DNA of 64,000 bases from Gemmatimonadales bacterium (GCA_041602035.1 JBFIHA010000004.1:71888-135887), one strand, 5' to 3'; positions 36,804 to 45,491 are shown, numbered from the stretch's first letter. A program made the numbers and translations. Notes: a model not told the origin generated them from the sequence alone.

Positions 36804-39731
36804 CGTTCAACCGCCTTGGTTGCAGTCGTGATGCTCGCCGCCTGTTCGCGTAGCCCGGCGCCGGTTCCGGACCGGATCGTCCCCGATCCAGTCGCCGTGC
36901 TACCGCGGGTGACCATCGACCGTGTCGATAAGATAACGGTCGACGGCGTGCTCGAGAGCCTCACCCTGCGGGAGAAGGTCGGCCAGCTCGTGATGCCGTG
37001 GCGTCTGGGCGACTATGCGGCGTTCGACAGCGCGGAGTACGATACGCTCACCATGTGGGTGGACTCGCTCAAGGTGGGCGGGATCATCATCTCTATCGGG
37101 CCCCCATTGGAGATCGCGGCGAAGCTGAACGCCCTCCAGGCCCGTTCCGCCCTACCGCTGCTCGTGGCAGCGGACCTCGAGTGGGGCTCGGGCATGCGGC
37201 TCAGCGGCGGGACAGCCTTCCCGATGCCGATGGCGATCGCTGCTGGCGGCCGGGTGTCGGACGCGTACGAGCTGGGCCGGGTGACGGCGCTGGAGGCCCG
37301 GGCGGTGGGGATCCACATGACGTTTTCCCCCGTCGCCGACCTCAACAACAACCCCGCGAATCCCATCGTCAACACCCGGGCCTTCGGGGACGACCCGGCC
37401 AATGCGGGGCCATTTCTGCGTGCCTATGTTCGCGGGGCCTCCGACTACGGCGTGTTCACGACGGCCAAGCACTTCCCGGGACACGGCGATACGGATATCG
37501 ACTCGCACATCGAGGTCCCGGTGGTTCGCGCGTGCTGGGATCGACTCGATTCCTTGGAACTCGAGCCGTTCCGCACCGCGATCCGCGCCGGGGTGACGGC
37601 GGTGATGACGGCCCACGTTGCCGTCCCATGCGTCACCGGTGGGGTGCCCGAGCCCGCGACCCTATCGCGAACGGTCATGACCGACATCCTCCGGGATTCG
37701 CTCGGCTTCACTGGGATCGTGGTCACCGACGCCCTTACCATGGGAGCAATCGTGCGGGCCTGGGGGCCGGGCGAGAGCGCGGTACGGGCGTTTCTCGCCG
37801 GAAGCGACATGCTGTTGATTCCCGCCGATCCGACAGCCGCGATCGACGCCGTCGTTGCCGCAGTCGAGTCCGGTCGGATTCCGCTCGAGCGGCTGGATCG
37901 GTCGGTCCGCCGGGTGCTGGTGCTCAAGGAGCGGGCCGGTCTCTTCCGCCACCGATCGGTGACGCTCGATTCCATTCCCGCCGTGGTCGCCAAGCGGGCG
38001 TTCGCCGATCTGGCGGCCGACATGGCCGCGCGGTCCCTCACGTTGGTCCAGCCGGGCACAATCGCGCAGTTCCGGGACACGCGGGACCGGACCGCTGTCA
38101 TCGTGTATGGTCGAGAGACCAACCTCTCCACCGGCAACGCACTCGTGGCCGAGCTCCGCGCACAGGGCGAGGCGGTGTCGACCTTCCGCCTGTACCCAGC
38201 ATCGGGCCCATTGTCGTACGACTCTGCCCGAGTCGCGATCCGGGGAGCCCCCCGCGTCATGTTCGCCGTCAACGTGCGGGTGGTGTCGGGACTCGGACAC
38301 ATCGCCATGCCCGACTCGCTCGCGGAGCTGATCCGGACCACGCAGCGAGAGAAGCCGACGCTGCTGGCGTCGTTCGGGAATCCGTATCTGCTGGACCAGC
38401 TGCCCGACTATGGCGGTGGGTACCTGCTCGCCTGGAGCGGGATCGAGGCAGCCGAGCGCGCGGTGGCCAGAGCGGTGGCTGGCGGAGCCGCGGTTCGGGG
38501 CCGACTCCCGATTTCGCTCGGCGTCGGATTCCCGCGGGGACACGGCATAGACCTCCCACGGATCGCCGCGTCGGCCACCGCTGCCGGCCTGTCCAAGCCC
38601 CTGCCCGAGCGGGTGGATTCGGCCTTCGACTACGCTGCACTGGACGAGGTCCCCCGCTATCTCCAGGCGCGGGTGGACGACGGTGCCTTCCCCGGTGCCG
38701 TGCTGGTGGTGGGACATCGCGGGGCCGTCGCCTACCGCACGGCCGTCGGGAGCTACGGCGAGGACGATCCTCGGCCGGTCAGCGACACGACCGTCTACGA
38801 CATGGCAAGCCTCACCAAGGTGATCGGACTCACGACGGCGGTGATGTTCCTGGTCGCCGAGGGGAAGCTCGACCTCAACCGGCCGGTCGCCCATTACGTT
38901 CCCGAGTTCACGGATGGGGGCAAGAGCCGCGTACGGGTACGGCACCTACTCACCCACACCTCGGGTTTGCCGGCGTGGATGCCGCTCCACCTCGAAACCG
39001 AGACCCCCGAAGAGGCCATCGGGCTCGTGCTCCGGCAGCCGCTCCAATCGGCGCCGGGCGAGCGGTACGTGTATTCGGACCTCGGCGCCATTACGATGGC
39101 CGAGGTCGTGGAGCGCGTGAGCGGCGAGGCCCTCGACGTCTTCCTCCGGCACCGGGTGTTCGCGCCGCTCGAGATGCGGCACACGCGGTTTCTGCCACCC
39201 GAGTCGTGGCGGGCCATCATCGCGCCAACGGAGCGGGACCCGTGGCGCGGCCGGTTGGTGTGGGGCGAGGTGCACGACGAAAACGCCTATCGCCTCGGGG
39301 GTGTATCCGGTCATGCCGGCCTGTTCTCCAACGGACCCGACCTCGCCCGGTTCGCGCTCTGGCTGCTCGACGCCTGGCACGGCCGGTTGCCCCCAGACGC
39401 GGGTCCGCGCCTCCCGCCGGAGATCGTACGCGAGTTCACCCGACGCCAGCCGGGGCCGGACGGTTCGACCCGCGCCCTGGGCTGGGACACGCCGTCGGCG
39501 TCCGGCCGAAGCTCCGCCGGCACGCTGCTGTCCCGCGAGAGCTTCGGCCACACCGGCTTCACCGGGACGAGCCTCTGGATCGAGCCCGAGCGAGAGCTGT
39601 TCGTGATCCTGCTCACAAACCGGGTGCACCCGACACGGGAAAACCGCGCCATCCTTGACGTCCGAGGCGAGGTGGCCGACCTGGTGGTCCGCGCCATGCG
39701 GGAGGTCGGGGGCGGCGCACGGGAGCCATAA
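36798..39731 (+). CDS. Fusion protein: two-domain GH3 beta-N-acetylhexosaminidase (NagZ/YbbD-like) + beta-lactamase-fold serine hydrolase (AmiE/YbbE-like), lipoprotein
   Basis: 977 aa. Signal with lipobox (MLAAC). GH3 motif KHFPGHGDTDIDSH. C-terminal ~370 aa have SxxK (ASLTKV), YSD and HTG motifs of the class C beta-lactamase/esterase fold. Confidence 0.85.
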   Translation: MHRSTALVAVVMLAACSRSPAPVPDRIVPDPVAVLPRVTIDRVDKITVDGVLESLTLREKVGQLVMPWRLGDYAAFDSAEYDTLTMWVDSLKVGGIIISIGPPLEIAAKLNALQARSALPLLVAADLEWGSGMRLSGGTAFPMPMAIAAGGRVSDAYELGRVTALEARAVGIHMTFSPVADLNNNPANPIVNTRAFGDDPANAGPFLRAYVRGASDYGVFTTAKHFPGHGDTDIDSHIEVPVVRACWDRLDSLELEPFRTAIRAGVTAVMTAHVAVPCVTGGVPEPATLSRTVMTDILRDSLGFTGIVVTDALTMGAIVRAWGPGESAVRAFLAGSDMLLIPADPTAAIDAVVAAVESGRIPLERLDRSVRRVLVLKERAGLFRHRSVTLDSIPAVVAKRAFADLAADMAARSLTLVQPGTIAQFRDTRDRTAVIVYGRETNLSTGNALVAELRAQGEAVSTFRLYPASGPLSYDSARVAIRGAPRVMFAVNVRVVSGLGHIAMPDSLAELIRTTQREKPTLLASFGNPYLLDQLPDYGGGYLLAWSGIEAAERAVARAVAGGAAVRGRLPISLGVGFPRGHGIDLPRIAASATAAGLSKPLPERVDSAFDYAALDEVPRYLQARVDDGAFPGAVLVVGHRGAVAYRTAVGSYGEDDPRPVSDTTVYDMASLTKVIGLTTAVMFLVAEGKLDLNRPVAHYVPEFTDGGKSRVRVRHLLTHTSGLPAWMPLHLETETPEEAIGLVLRQPLQSAPGERYVYSDLGAITMAEVVERVSGEALDVFLRHRVFAPLEMRHTRFLPPESWRAIIAPTERDPWRGRLVWGEVHDENAYRLGGVSGHAGLFSNGPDLARFALWLLDAWHGRLPPDAGPRLPPEIVREFTRRQPGPDGSTRALGWDTPSASGRSSAGTLLSRESFGHTGFTGTSLWIEPERELFVILLTNRVHPTRENRAILDVRGEVADLVVRAMREVGGGAREP

Positions 39732-39743
39732 ACCGGCGATCCG

Positions 39744-39772
39744 TTGACACTGGCGTGAGGACTCTCTAACAT
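39744..39772 (+). promoter_or_regulatory. Candidate sigma70 promoter of erpA (TTGACA-N17-TAACAT)
   Basis: Consensus -35 at 39744-39749, exactly 17 nt of spacer, then TAACAT at 39767-39772. AAGGAGG lies 7 nt upstream of the ATG at 39795. Confidence 0.65.
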
Positions 39773-39794
39773 GCGCGAGCAAGGAGGTGTGCGC

Positions 39795-40157
39795 ATGACG
39801 ACGACTCAGCGGCCCGAGACGACCGTCGAGATCAAGCTGACCGATGATGCCGTCGCCCAGGTGCGGCGGTTCATGGAGCAGGAACAAGTGCCCGAAGACA
39901 CTGCGGGGCTTCGGGTCTCCGTCCTTCCGGGTGGATGCTCGGGATTCCAGTACGGACTCAACATCGAGGAAGCTCCGCTGACCGACGACATCACGCTGGA
40001 GCTGAAAGGCGTCCGGGTGTTCGTCGACGCATTCAGTGCCCAGTACCTGAACGGCGTGACCATCAACTACGTCTCCACCATGCAGGGGTCGGGATTCACC
40101 TTTGACAACCCCTTGGCCACGGGTGGATGCGGCTGCGGTAGCTCGTTCACCGTCTGA
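39795..40157 (+). CDS. erpA: Iron-sulfur cluster insertion protein (HesB/IscA/ErpA family)
   Basis: Contains ...LRVSVLPGGCSGFQY...FDNPLATGGCGCGSSF. The start is moved to ATG 39795 because the upstream ATG at 39771 lies inside the predicted -10 element and lacks an SD. Confidence 0.9.
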   Translation: MTTTQRPETTVEIKLTDDAVAQVRRFMEQEQVPEDTAGLRVSVLPGGCSGFQYGLNIEEAPLTDDITLELKGVRVFVDAFSAQYLNGVTINYVSTMQGSGFTFDNPLATGGCGCGSSFTV

Positions 40158-40185
40158 CCCGACGACGACGAGACACTAATGTCCC

Positions 40186-40214
40186 AGGGGCCTGCGCGGC
40201 AACGCCAGGCCCCT
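40186..40214 (+). terminator. Terminator-like hairpin after erpA
   Basis: 9-bp stem AGGGGCCTG/CAGGCCCCT with an 11-nt loop, followed by TTCGTCATCC (weak T tract). Confidence 0.45.
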
Positions 40215-40233
40215 TCGTCATCCGGTCACCGCG

Positions 40234-41664
40234 ATGACCACACTCGATCTCGCCGTCATGGCACTGTACCTCCTCGCCGTTGTCGCGGTGGGCGTGTATT
40301 TCACGCGCCGGCAACACGACGCCTCCGACTATTTCCTCGGTCGTCACAGCCTGCCCTGGTGGGCCGTGATGCTCTCGATTGTGGCCACCGAGACCTCCGC
40401 ACTGACCGTCATCTCGATCCCGGGGCTTGGCGCGCGCACCAATCTCGCCTTTCTCCAGCTTCCGATAGGCTACCTCGTGGGTCGGGTGGGCGTCGCGCTA
40501 TGGCTGCTCCCCGGCTATTTCCAGGGCGAGAACGAGACGGCCTATACGCGGCTCGAGACGCGATTCGGACCCGGCACCAGACGGGTCGCGTCGGCGACGT
40601 TCATGGGGATCCGGGCGCTCGGGGACAGCGTACGGGTCTTCGCCACCGCGATCCCGCTGGCCGTCGTGACAGGTTGGTCCTATCCAGCCAGCATTGCCGT
40701 CGTGGCCGTCGCCACCCTGGCCTATACATGGGCGGGAGGGATCAAGGCCGTGGTCTGGGTGGACGTCATGCAGCTCGGGATCTACCTGGTGGGTGGAATC
40801 GCCACGTTCCTCGTTGCAGCGAGCCTCGCTGGCGGAACCGTCGAGGCCCTGGGCAGGGCGGCGGACACGGGCAGGCTTGACGTGTTCGACTGGTCGCTCT
40901 CCTTCACGACGACGTACACCTTCCTTGGCGGACTCGTGGGCGGCGCGCTGTTGTCGGCTGCATCGCACGGGACGGATCACCTCATCGTGCAGCGTCTACT
41001 CGCCACACGGCACGTCTCCGATGCGAGGCGGGCGCTCGTGGGCTCGGGGATCCTGGTGATCGTGCAATTCGCGGTCTTCCTGCTGGTGGGTTCCATGCTG
41101 TGGGCCGCCGGAGCGGACGACCCGTCACTTTCGGGAGACGAGCTGTTCCCGACGTTCGTCATCCGGCAACTCCCGCCGGGCCTCGCCGGCTTGGTGGTCG
41201 CCGGACTGCTCGCCGCCGCGATGAGTACGGTCAGCTCGTCACTCAACTCCCTCGCCTCCGCCGCCACCCACGATTTCTACGCGTCCATCACGGGACGCCG
41301 CGATCCGCGGCACCTCCTCACGGTCGGGCGCTGGGCGACGGTTGGCTGGGCCGTGGTCCTCGCCGGGGGAGCGCTGTCGTTTCGGTCGACCGATCAGCCG
41401 GTGGTGGAGCTGGCGCTCGCCATTGCCTCGATCACGTACGGAGCGCTGCTGGGGACGTACATCCTTGCCGGCACCACTCGGGTCCGGCAGCGCGATGCGA
41501 TTACAGCCATATTGCTCTCCGCGATCGGCATGGTCGTGATCGTCCTGGTCAAGCCGGGTCCGTTTGCCCAATTGGCCTGGCCCTGGTACGTCCCGCTCGG
41601 GACGATCATCACGCTCGTTATCGGGTGGCTCTCCAGCATGTTCAGCACCGAGGCACGCTCATGA
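40234..41664 (+). CDS. Sodium:solute symporter (SSS) family transporter
   Basis: 476 aa and about 13 predicted hydrophobic helices. The N-terminal DYFLGRHSLPWWAVMLSIVATETSALT is typical of SSS family proteins. Confidence 0.8.
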   Translation: MTTLDLAVMALYLLAVVAVGVYFTRRQHDASDYFLGRHSLPWWAVMLSIVATETSALTVISIPGLGARTNLAFLQLPIGYLVGRVGVALWLLPGYFQGENETAYTRLETRFGPGTRRVASATFMGIRALGDSVRVFATAIPLAVVTGWSYPASIAVVAVATLAYTWAGGIKAVVWVDVMQLGIYLVGGIATFLVAASLAGGTVEALGRAADTGRLDVFDWSLSFTTTYTFLGGLVGGALLSAASHGTDHLIVQRLLATRHVSDARRALVGSGILVIVQFAVFLLVGSMLWAAGADDPSLSGDELFPTFVIRQLPPGLAGLVVAGLLAAAMSTVSSSLNSLASAATHDFYASITGRRDPRHLLTVGRWATVGWAVVLAGGALSFRSTDQPVVELALAIASITYGALLGTYILAGTTRVRQRDAITAILLSAIGMVVIVLVKPGPFAQLAWPWYVPLGTIITLVIGWLSSMFSTEARS

Positions 41665-42569
41665 CCCCACTCCTCATAGGAATCGATGCCGGCGCGTCCC
41701 ATACCGAGGCCGTCCTGGGAGAGGATGTGAACCGCGTGATGGACCGGTGGCGTGGAGGACCCGGAGCGTTGCGGGCCGGAGCCGAACCCGACGCCGTGCG
41801 CGTGTGGGCAGGGGCGATTGCCCAGGTCCTGGAGCGGTTCAGGGGACGCGGTGAGGGCTTGGTGGTCGTCGTCGGTGCGGCCGGAGCCGGCAACGACGCC
41901 GTCCGTCGTCGCGCCGAAGAGGTGTTGGATGCGACGCTCGGCAGCCGAGCGAAAACCCGGGTCGTGACCGACGGCGAGATCGCTCTGGAGGCCGCCTTTC
42001 CGGGACGCGTGCCGGGGGTGGTCGTCATGGCCGGGTCGGGGTCGATCGCGTACGCCCGCACGGCGCAGGGAACCGTTCGCCGCGTTGGCGGACTTGGATG
42101 GGTAATGGGAGACGAAGGAAGCGGCTATGCACTTGCGCGTGCGGCGCTCCGGTGGGCGGGCAGGGCGGCCGAGGGTCGCGCACCGGCTACGGCACTGACC
42201 GGCGCGTTGCCTCCAGGCGTCGGGGTCGCATCGATCGACGAGCTGGTCCGGTGGTCGCTTGATGCGAGCCCCAATGCCATCGCGGCGCTGGCCGCGGTTG
42301 TCTGCACGGCGGCCGACGACGGGGATGCGGCAGCGAGTGAGCTCGTTGAGGACGCGGCGGTCGAGCTGACGCAGCTCGTCACGGCCCTGCTTCCGGCCTC
42401 ACCGGCCGAGGCCGGCGGCGTCGCTCTGGGCGGGGGCCTCCTCCGTGCAGGCACGGCCGTGCGGGGACGGCTGGTCCGGCTCCTGAGCGAGCGACAGCCC
42501 GGACTGTCCGTCATGACCGAGCCCGTCGATCCCGCGCTCGGTGCGCTTCGGCTTGCCGGTGGGATGTGA
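41661..42569 (+). CDS. BadF/BadG/BcrA/BcrD-type ATPase (N-acetylglucosamine/MurNAc kinase-like)
   Basis: The ATG at 41661 overlaps the transporter stop (ATGA). MTPLLIGIDAGASHTEAVL...VVMAGSGSIAY...GWVMGDEGSGYAL are ASKHA sugar-kinase motifs. Confidence 0.75.
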   Translation: MTPLLIGIDAGASHTEAVLGEDVNRVMDRWRGGPGALRAGAEPDAVRVWAGAIAQVLERFRGRGEGLVVVVGAAGAGNDAVRRRAEEVLDATLGSRAKTRVVTDGEIALEAAFPGRVPGVVVMAGSGSIAYARTAQGTVRRVGGLGWVMGDEGSGYALARAALRWAGRAAEGRAPATALTGALPPGVGVASIDELVRWSLDASPNAIAALAAVVCTAADDGDAAASELVEDAAVELTQLVTALLPASPAEAGGVALGGGLLRAGTAVRGRLVRLLSERQPGLSVMTEPVDPALGALRLAGGM

Positions 42570-42634
42570 CACCGAGAGCTCGTAACGAGCCTCGATCGGC
42601 GCATTGGGGGTGTCCGGGTATGTTGTGGCAACCT

Positions 42635-42696
42635 TATCGAGCGGATGAGCGAGCATGAGCTGTAACATCGAGCGGATGAGCGAGCATGAGCTGTAA
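42635..42696 (+). repeat. Perfect 31-bp tandem duplication (2 copies) upstream of nhaC
   Basis: ATCGAGCGGATGAGCGAGCATGAGCTGTAAC occurs at 42635-42665 and again at 42666-42696, read directly from the sequence. Confidence 0.95.
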
Positions 42697-42757
42697 CGAC
42701 GACCGAGTCTCCGGCGGTCCCGGATCACCCGGGGCCGCCGGCGAGGGCGCGAGACCG

Positions 42758-44179
42758 ATGGGACTGTGGGTCAGTCTCATCCCCGTCGTGTTCCTCGTCG
42801 CCGCCCTCGCGGTGACGATCAAGCTGTTCGCGCTCGATCCGCACATCCCTCTGATCAGCGCCGCGGCGGTCGCGGGCATCGTGGCCGTGTTCCACGGCGT
42901 TCGTTGGAAGGCGATTGAGGCGGGGATGATCCACGGGATCAACCTCGCCATGGGGGCCATCCTCATTCTCATGGTCGTCGGAACGCTGATCGGGACCTGG
43001 ATCCTCGGCGGGGTCGTGCCGACGATGATCTACTACGGGCTCAAGGTCCTGTCCCCCGGCATCTTCCTCGTCGCGACCATGATCATCTGCTCGATCGTCT
43101 CACTGGGGACCGGCTCGTCGTGGTCCACCGCGGGGACGGTGGGCGTCGCGCTGATCGGGGTGGGCGCTGCGTTGCAGATTCCCCTCCCCATGGTCGCGGG
43201 GGCGATCATCTCCGGGGCGTACTTCGGTGACAAGATGTCGCCCCTGTCGGACACCACCAATCTGGCTCCCGCCATGGCCGGCACCGACGTGTTCTCCCAC
43301 ATCCGGCACATGGCATACACGACCACCCCCGGCTACCTGCTGGCGCTCGTTCTCTACGGATTCATCGGAACGAAATACGCTGGGGGGAGAATGGAAGTGG
43401 ACGAGGTGGCCGCGATGCTTCAAAACATCGATGCGAGCTTCCTCATCCATCCCGTGCTGCTGCTTCCGCCGGTCGCGGTGATCGCAATGGTGGTACGCCG
43501 GGTTCCCCCACTGCCGGCTCTCCTGGGCGGGACGCTCCTCGGCGGAATCTGCGCCGTTGCTTTCCAGTCCGGATCGGTGGCCGACGTCGTCGCGGCTTCG
43601 TTTTCCGGATTCGTTTCGGAGACCGGTGTGCCCCTGGTGGACAACCTGCTGACGCAGGGCGGACTCATGAGCATGATGGACACGGTGGCGCTCATCATCT
43701 GTGCGCTCTCGTTCGGCGGCATCATGGAGCGCACCGGGATGCTGGAGACCATCGCGAACGCCCTCTTGAGACTCGTGCGGGGGACCGGCTCGCTGGTGGC
43801 CACGACGGTGCTCAGCGCGATCGGGCTGAACGCGGTGGCATCCGATCAGTACATGGCGATCGTGATCCCAGGACGCATGTACCGCAACGCGTTCGAGAAG
43901 CAGGGGTTGCATCCCAAGAACCTATCGCGCGCGCTGGAGGATTCGGCGACGTTGACTTCGCCTTTGATTCCGTGGAACACGTGCGGTGCGTTCATGTGGG
44001 CCACCCTCGGGGTCAACCCGCTGCTCTACCTCCCCTATGCGTTCATGAACCTCGCCAACCCGATCGTTTCGATCATCTACGGCTATACCGGGTTCACTAT
44101 GGAGAAGCTGGAGTCACCGGTGACCACCCCGGGGGTAGTGGGGGGCACAGAAACGTCGAAGCCGATCGCCGCGAGCTAG
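42758..44179 (+). CDS. nhaC: Na+/H+ antiporter NhaC-family transporter
   Basis: Polytopic membrane protein with a family-like sequence throughout (...SWSTAGTVGVALIG...DKMSPLSDTTNLAPA...). Start set at MGLWVSLIPVV (42758). The track start at 42686 lies inside the tandem repeat. Confidence 0.8.
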   Translation: MGLWVSLIPVVFLVAALAVTIKLFALDPHIPLISAAAVAGIVAVFHGVRWKAIEAGMIHGINLAMGAILILMVVGTLIGTWILGGVVPTMIYYGLKVLSPGIFLVATMIICSIVSLGTGSSWSTAGTVGVALIGVGAALQIPLPMVAGAIISGAYFGDKMSPLSDTTNLAPAMAGTDVFSHIRHMAYTTTPGYLLALVLYGFIGTKYAGGRMEVDEVAAMLQNIDASFLIHPVLLLPPVAVIAMVVRRVPPLPALLGGTLLGGICAVAFQSGSVADVVAASFSGFVSETGVPLVDNLLTQGGLMSMMDTVALIICALSFGGIMERTGMLETIANALLRLVRGTGSLVATTVLSAIGLNAVASDQYMAIVIPGRMYRNAFEKQGLHPKNLSRALEDSATLTSPLIPWNTCGAFMWATLGVNPLLYLPYAFMNLANPIVSIIYGYTGFTMEKLESPVTTPGVVGGTETSKPIAAS

Positions 44180-44193
44180 CGCCGACCGACCCG

Positions 44194-44967
44194 TCAGAGG
44201 GTGATGGGAATGACGATGTGCCCGTCGACGGGCAGGCCTTCGAGCGTCCTGGCCGGTGTGAACTGGAACTGATACATCTGCTCCAGGAACTTCTTGCGAT
44301 AAGCCGCGTCTTCGATCGGCGGCTCGACCTCCACCTTCGTGACCTTGCCGCGCCGATCCACCCAGAAGTGCACGGCGAACTCGCGGCCCCGAACCGACCG
44401 GGGACGATCGGCGGGCACAATGATGAAACGAGGCTCGGGCGGTAGCACCGATCCCCCTTCGCCGCCGCCGGCTCCCGGTCCCTTCCCAGTCCCGACTCCC
44501 GTCCCTTCCCCGGTGCCGACCCCACCGCCGGTTCCCGTTCCAGCTCCGGGACCCCCACCGGTACCCGGGCCGGCTCCCTCGACGGGCGCGAGGTCCGTCT
44601 GTCCCCGCAGCGCCCGCGCGTCGGCCAGCGGTTCGCTGACGAGTACCGGTGCCACCGCCGGCCTGGGCAGCTCAAGCTCGCGCCTTTCCGACGGCGTTTC
44701 TTCCTGCCGCGCCGCCGTCCGTTGGCCGGACAACTCGAGCGGGGGCAAGCTCACGTACTGCACGCTGGACCCACCGCCACCGCCTCCGCCTCCTGGTGGG
44801 CCGGGCCCGCCGATGTTCCGCATCACCTCGGCGGAGCTGGCGGCACCGATCACCATTGCGAGCACGACCCCCCCGTGGACCAGGGTGGACACCACCACCC
44901 CGCGTCCGAACCGCTCGGTCGAGCGGGGTGGGAAAAAGTCGGGCGGCACCGTTGCGCGTTCTCTCAT
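44194..44967 (-). CDS. TonB-family protein (Gly/Pro-rich linker, TonB C-terminal-like domain)
   Basis: N-terminal TM segment (VVVSTLVHGGVVLAMVIGAA), long G/P-rich region, C-terminus ...FWVDRRGKVTKVEVEPP...FQFTPA. Start moved to ATG 44967 because the GTG at 44985 abuts the hairpin. Confidence 0.65.
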   Translation of the reverse strand: MRERATVPPDFFPPRSTERFGRGVVVSTLVHGGVVLAMVIGAASSAEVMRNIGGPGPPGGGGGGGGSSVQYVSLPPLELSGQRTAARQEETPSERRELELPRPAVAPVLVSEPLADARALRGQTDLAPVEGAGPGTGGGPGAGTGTGGGVGTGEGTGVGTGKGPGAGGGEGGSVLPPEPRFIIVPADRPRSVRGREFAVHFWVDRRGKVTKVEVEPPIEDAAYRKKFLEQMYQFQFTPARTLEGLPVDGHIVIPITL

Positions 44968-44985
44968 CGTCGCATAATACACCAC

Positions 44986-45021
44986 GGGCGTGGAAGCCTT
45001 CCGGTTTCGGCTTCCACGCCC
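44986..45021 (-). terminator. Strong intra-operon hairpin (13-bp stem) between exbD and the tonB-like gene
   Basis: GGGCGTGGAAGCC-(10 nt)-GGCTTCCACGCCC. On the minus strand it is followed by GTGGTGTATTAT. Confidence 0.5.
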
Positions 45022-45054
45022 GCGAGACGCTCCGCCTGGCCTACGGCCGGCGAC

Positions 45055-45486
45055 TCAGTTGGCCTCGTCGCCCGTCTCGTCCGGCGGCGTGAAGCCGATG
45101 ACCTGAACACCCGCCCCTCGGGCGATGTCCATTGCCTCGATCACCTCCTGGTACGTCCGATTCGGCGCGGACTTCACGAACAGGATCTTCTGCGGCCGGT
45201 TGTCGTAGATCTGATGGAACCGCTGGTCGAGCACCTGCCTCGCCACGGGCTCCTTGTTGATCTCGTACGTGCCGTCCGCCCTGAGCTCGAGCACGATGTT
45301 GTTGCTCGGTCCCTGTGCTTGCGATTGGCTACGTGTGGCCGGAGGCACCTGCACGTCCATCACCTTCCTGGCCAACGGCACCTGCATCATGAAGATGATG
45401 AGCAACACGAGGAGAATGTCGATCATGGGTACGACGTTCGGCTCGTGGTTCGGCTGAGTGCCCGGATCGGGGAGATTAAGAGCCAT
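45055..45486 (-). CDS. exbD: ExbD/TolR-family biopolymer transport protein
   Basis: 143 aa. EPNVVPMIDILLVLLIIFM is the typical ExbD TM segment. Confidence 0.9.
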   Translation of the reverse strand: MALNLPDPGTQPNHEPNVVPMIDILLVLLIIFMMQVPLARKVMDVQVPPATRSQSQAQGPSNNIVLELRADGTYEINKEPVARQVLDQRFHQIYDNRPQKILFVKSAPNRTYQEVIEAMDIARGAGVQVIGFTPPDETGDEAN

Positions 45487-45491
45487 GGCCG

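Noticed and set aside
39771-39794. Upstream ATG start for erpA.
   Set aside because: It overlaps the predicted -10 hexamer (TAACAT). The strong AAGGAGG SD is positioned for the ATG at 39795.
42635-42696. Possible CRISPR array or minisatellite.
   Set aside because: There are only two directly abutting identical 31-bp copies with no spacers, and there are no cas genes in the window. I report it as a simple tandem duplication instead.
42686-42757. Upstream ATG extension of nhaC (MSCNDDRVSGGPGSPGAAGEGARP...).
   Set aside because: The ATG lies inside the second repeat copy. The extension is low-complexity and non-hydrophobic, while the conserved membrane protein begins at MGLWVSLIP (42758).
44470-44830. 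Gly/Pro homopolymeric coding tract in the TonB-like gene as a frameshift or phase-variation site.
   Set aside because: The codons are mixed (GGC/GGT/GGA/GGG, CCG/CCC) and do not form a true mononucleotide run. The frame stays open through to a TonB-like C-terminal domain.
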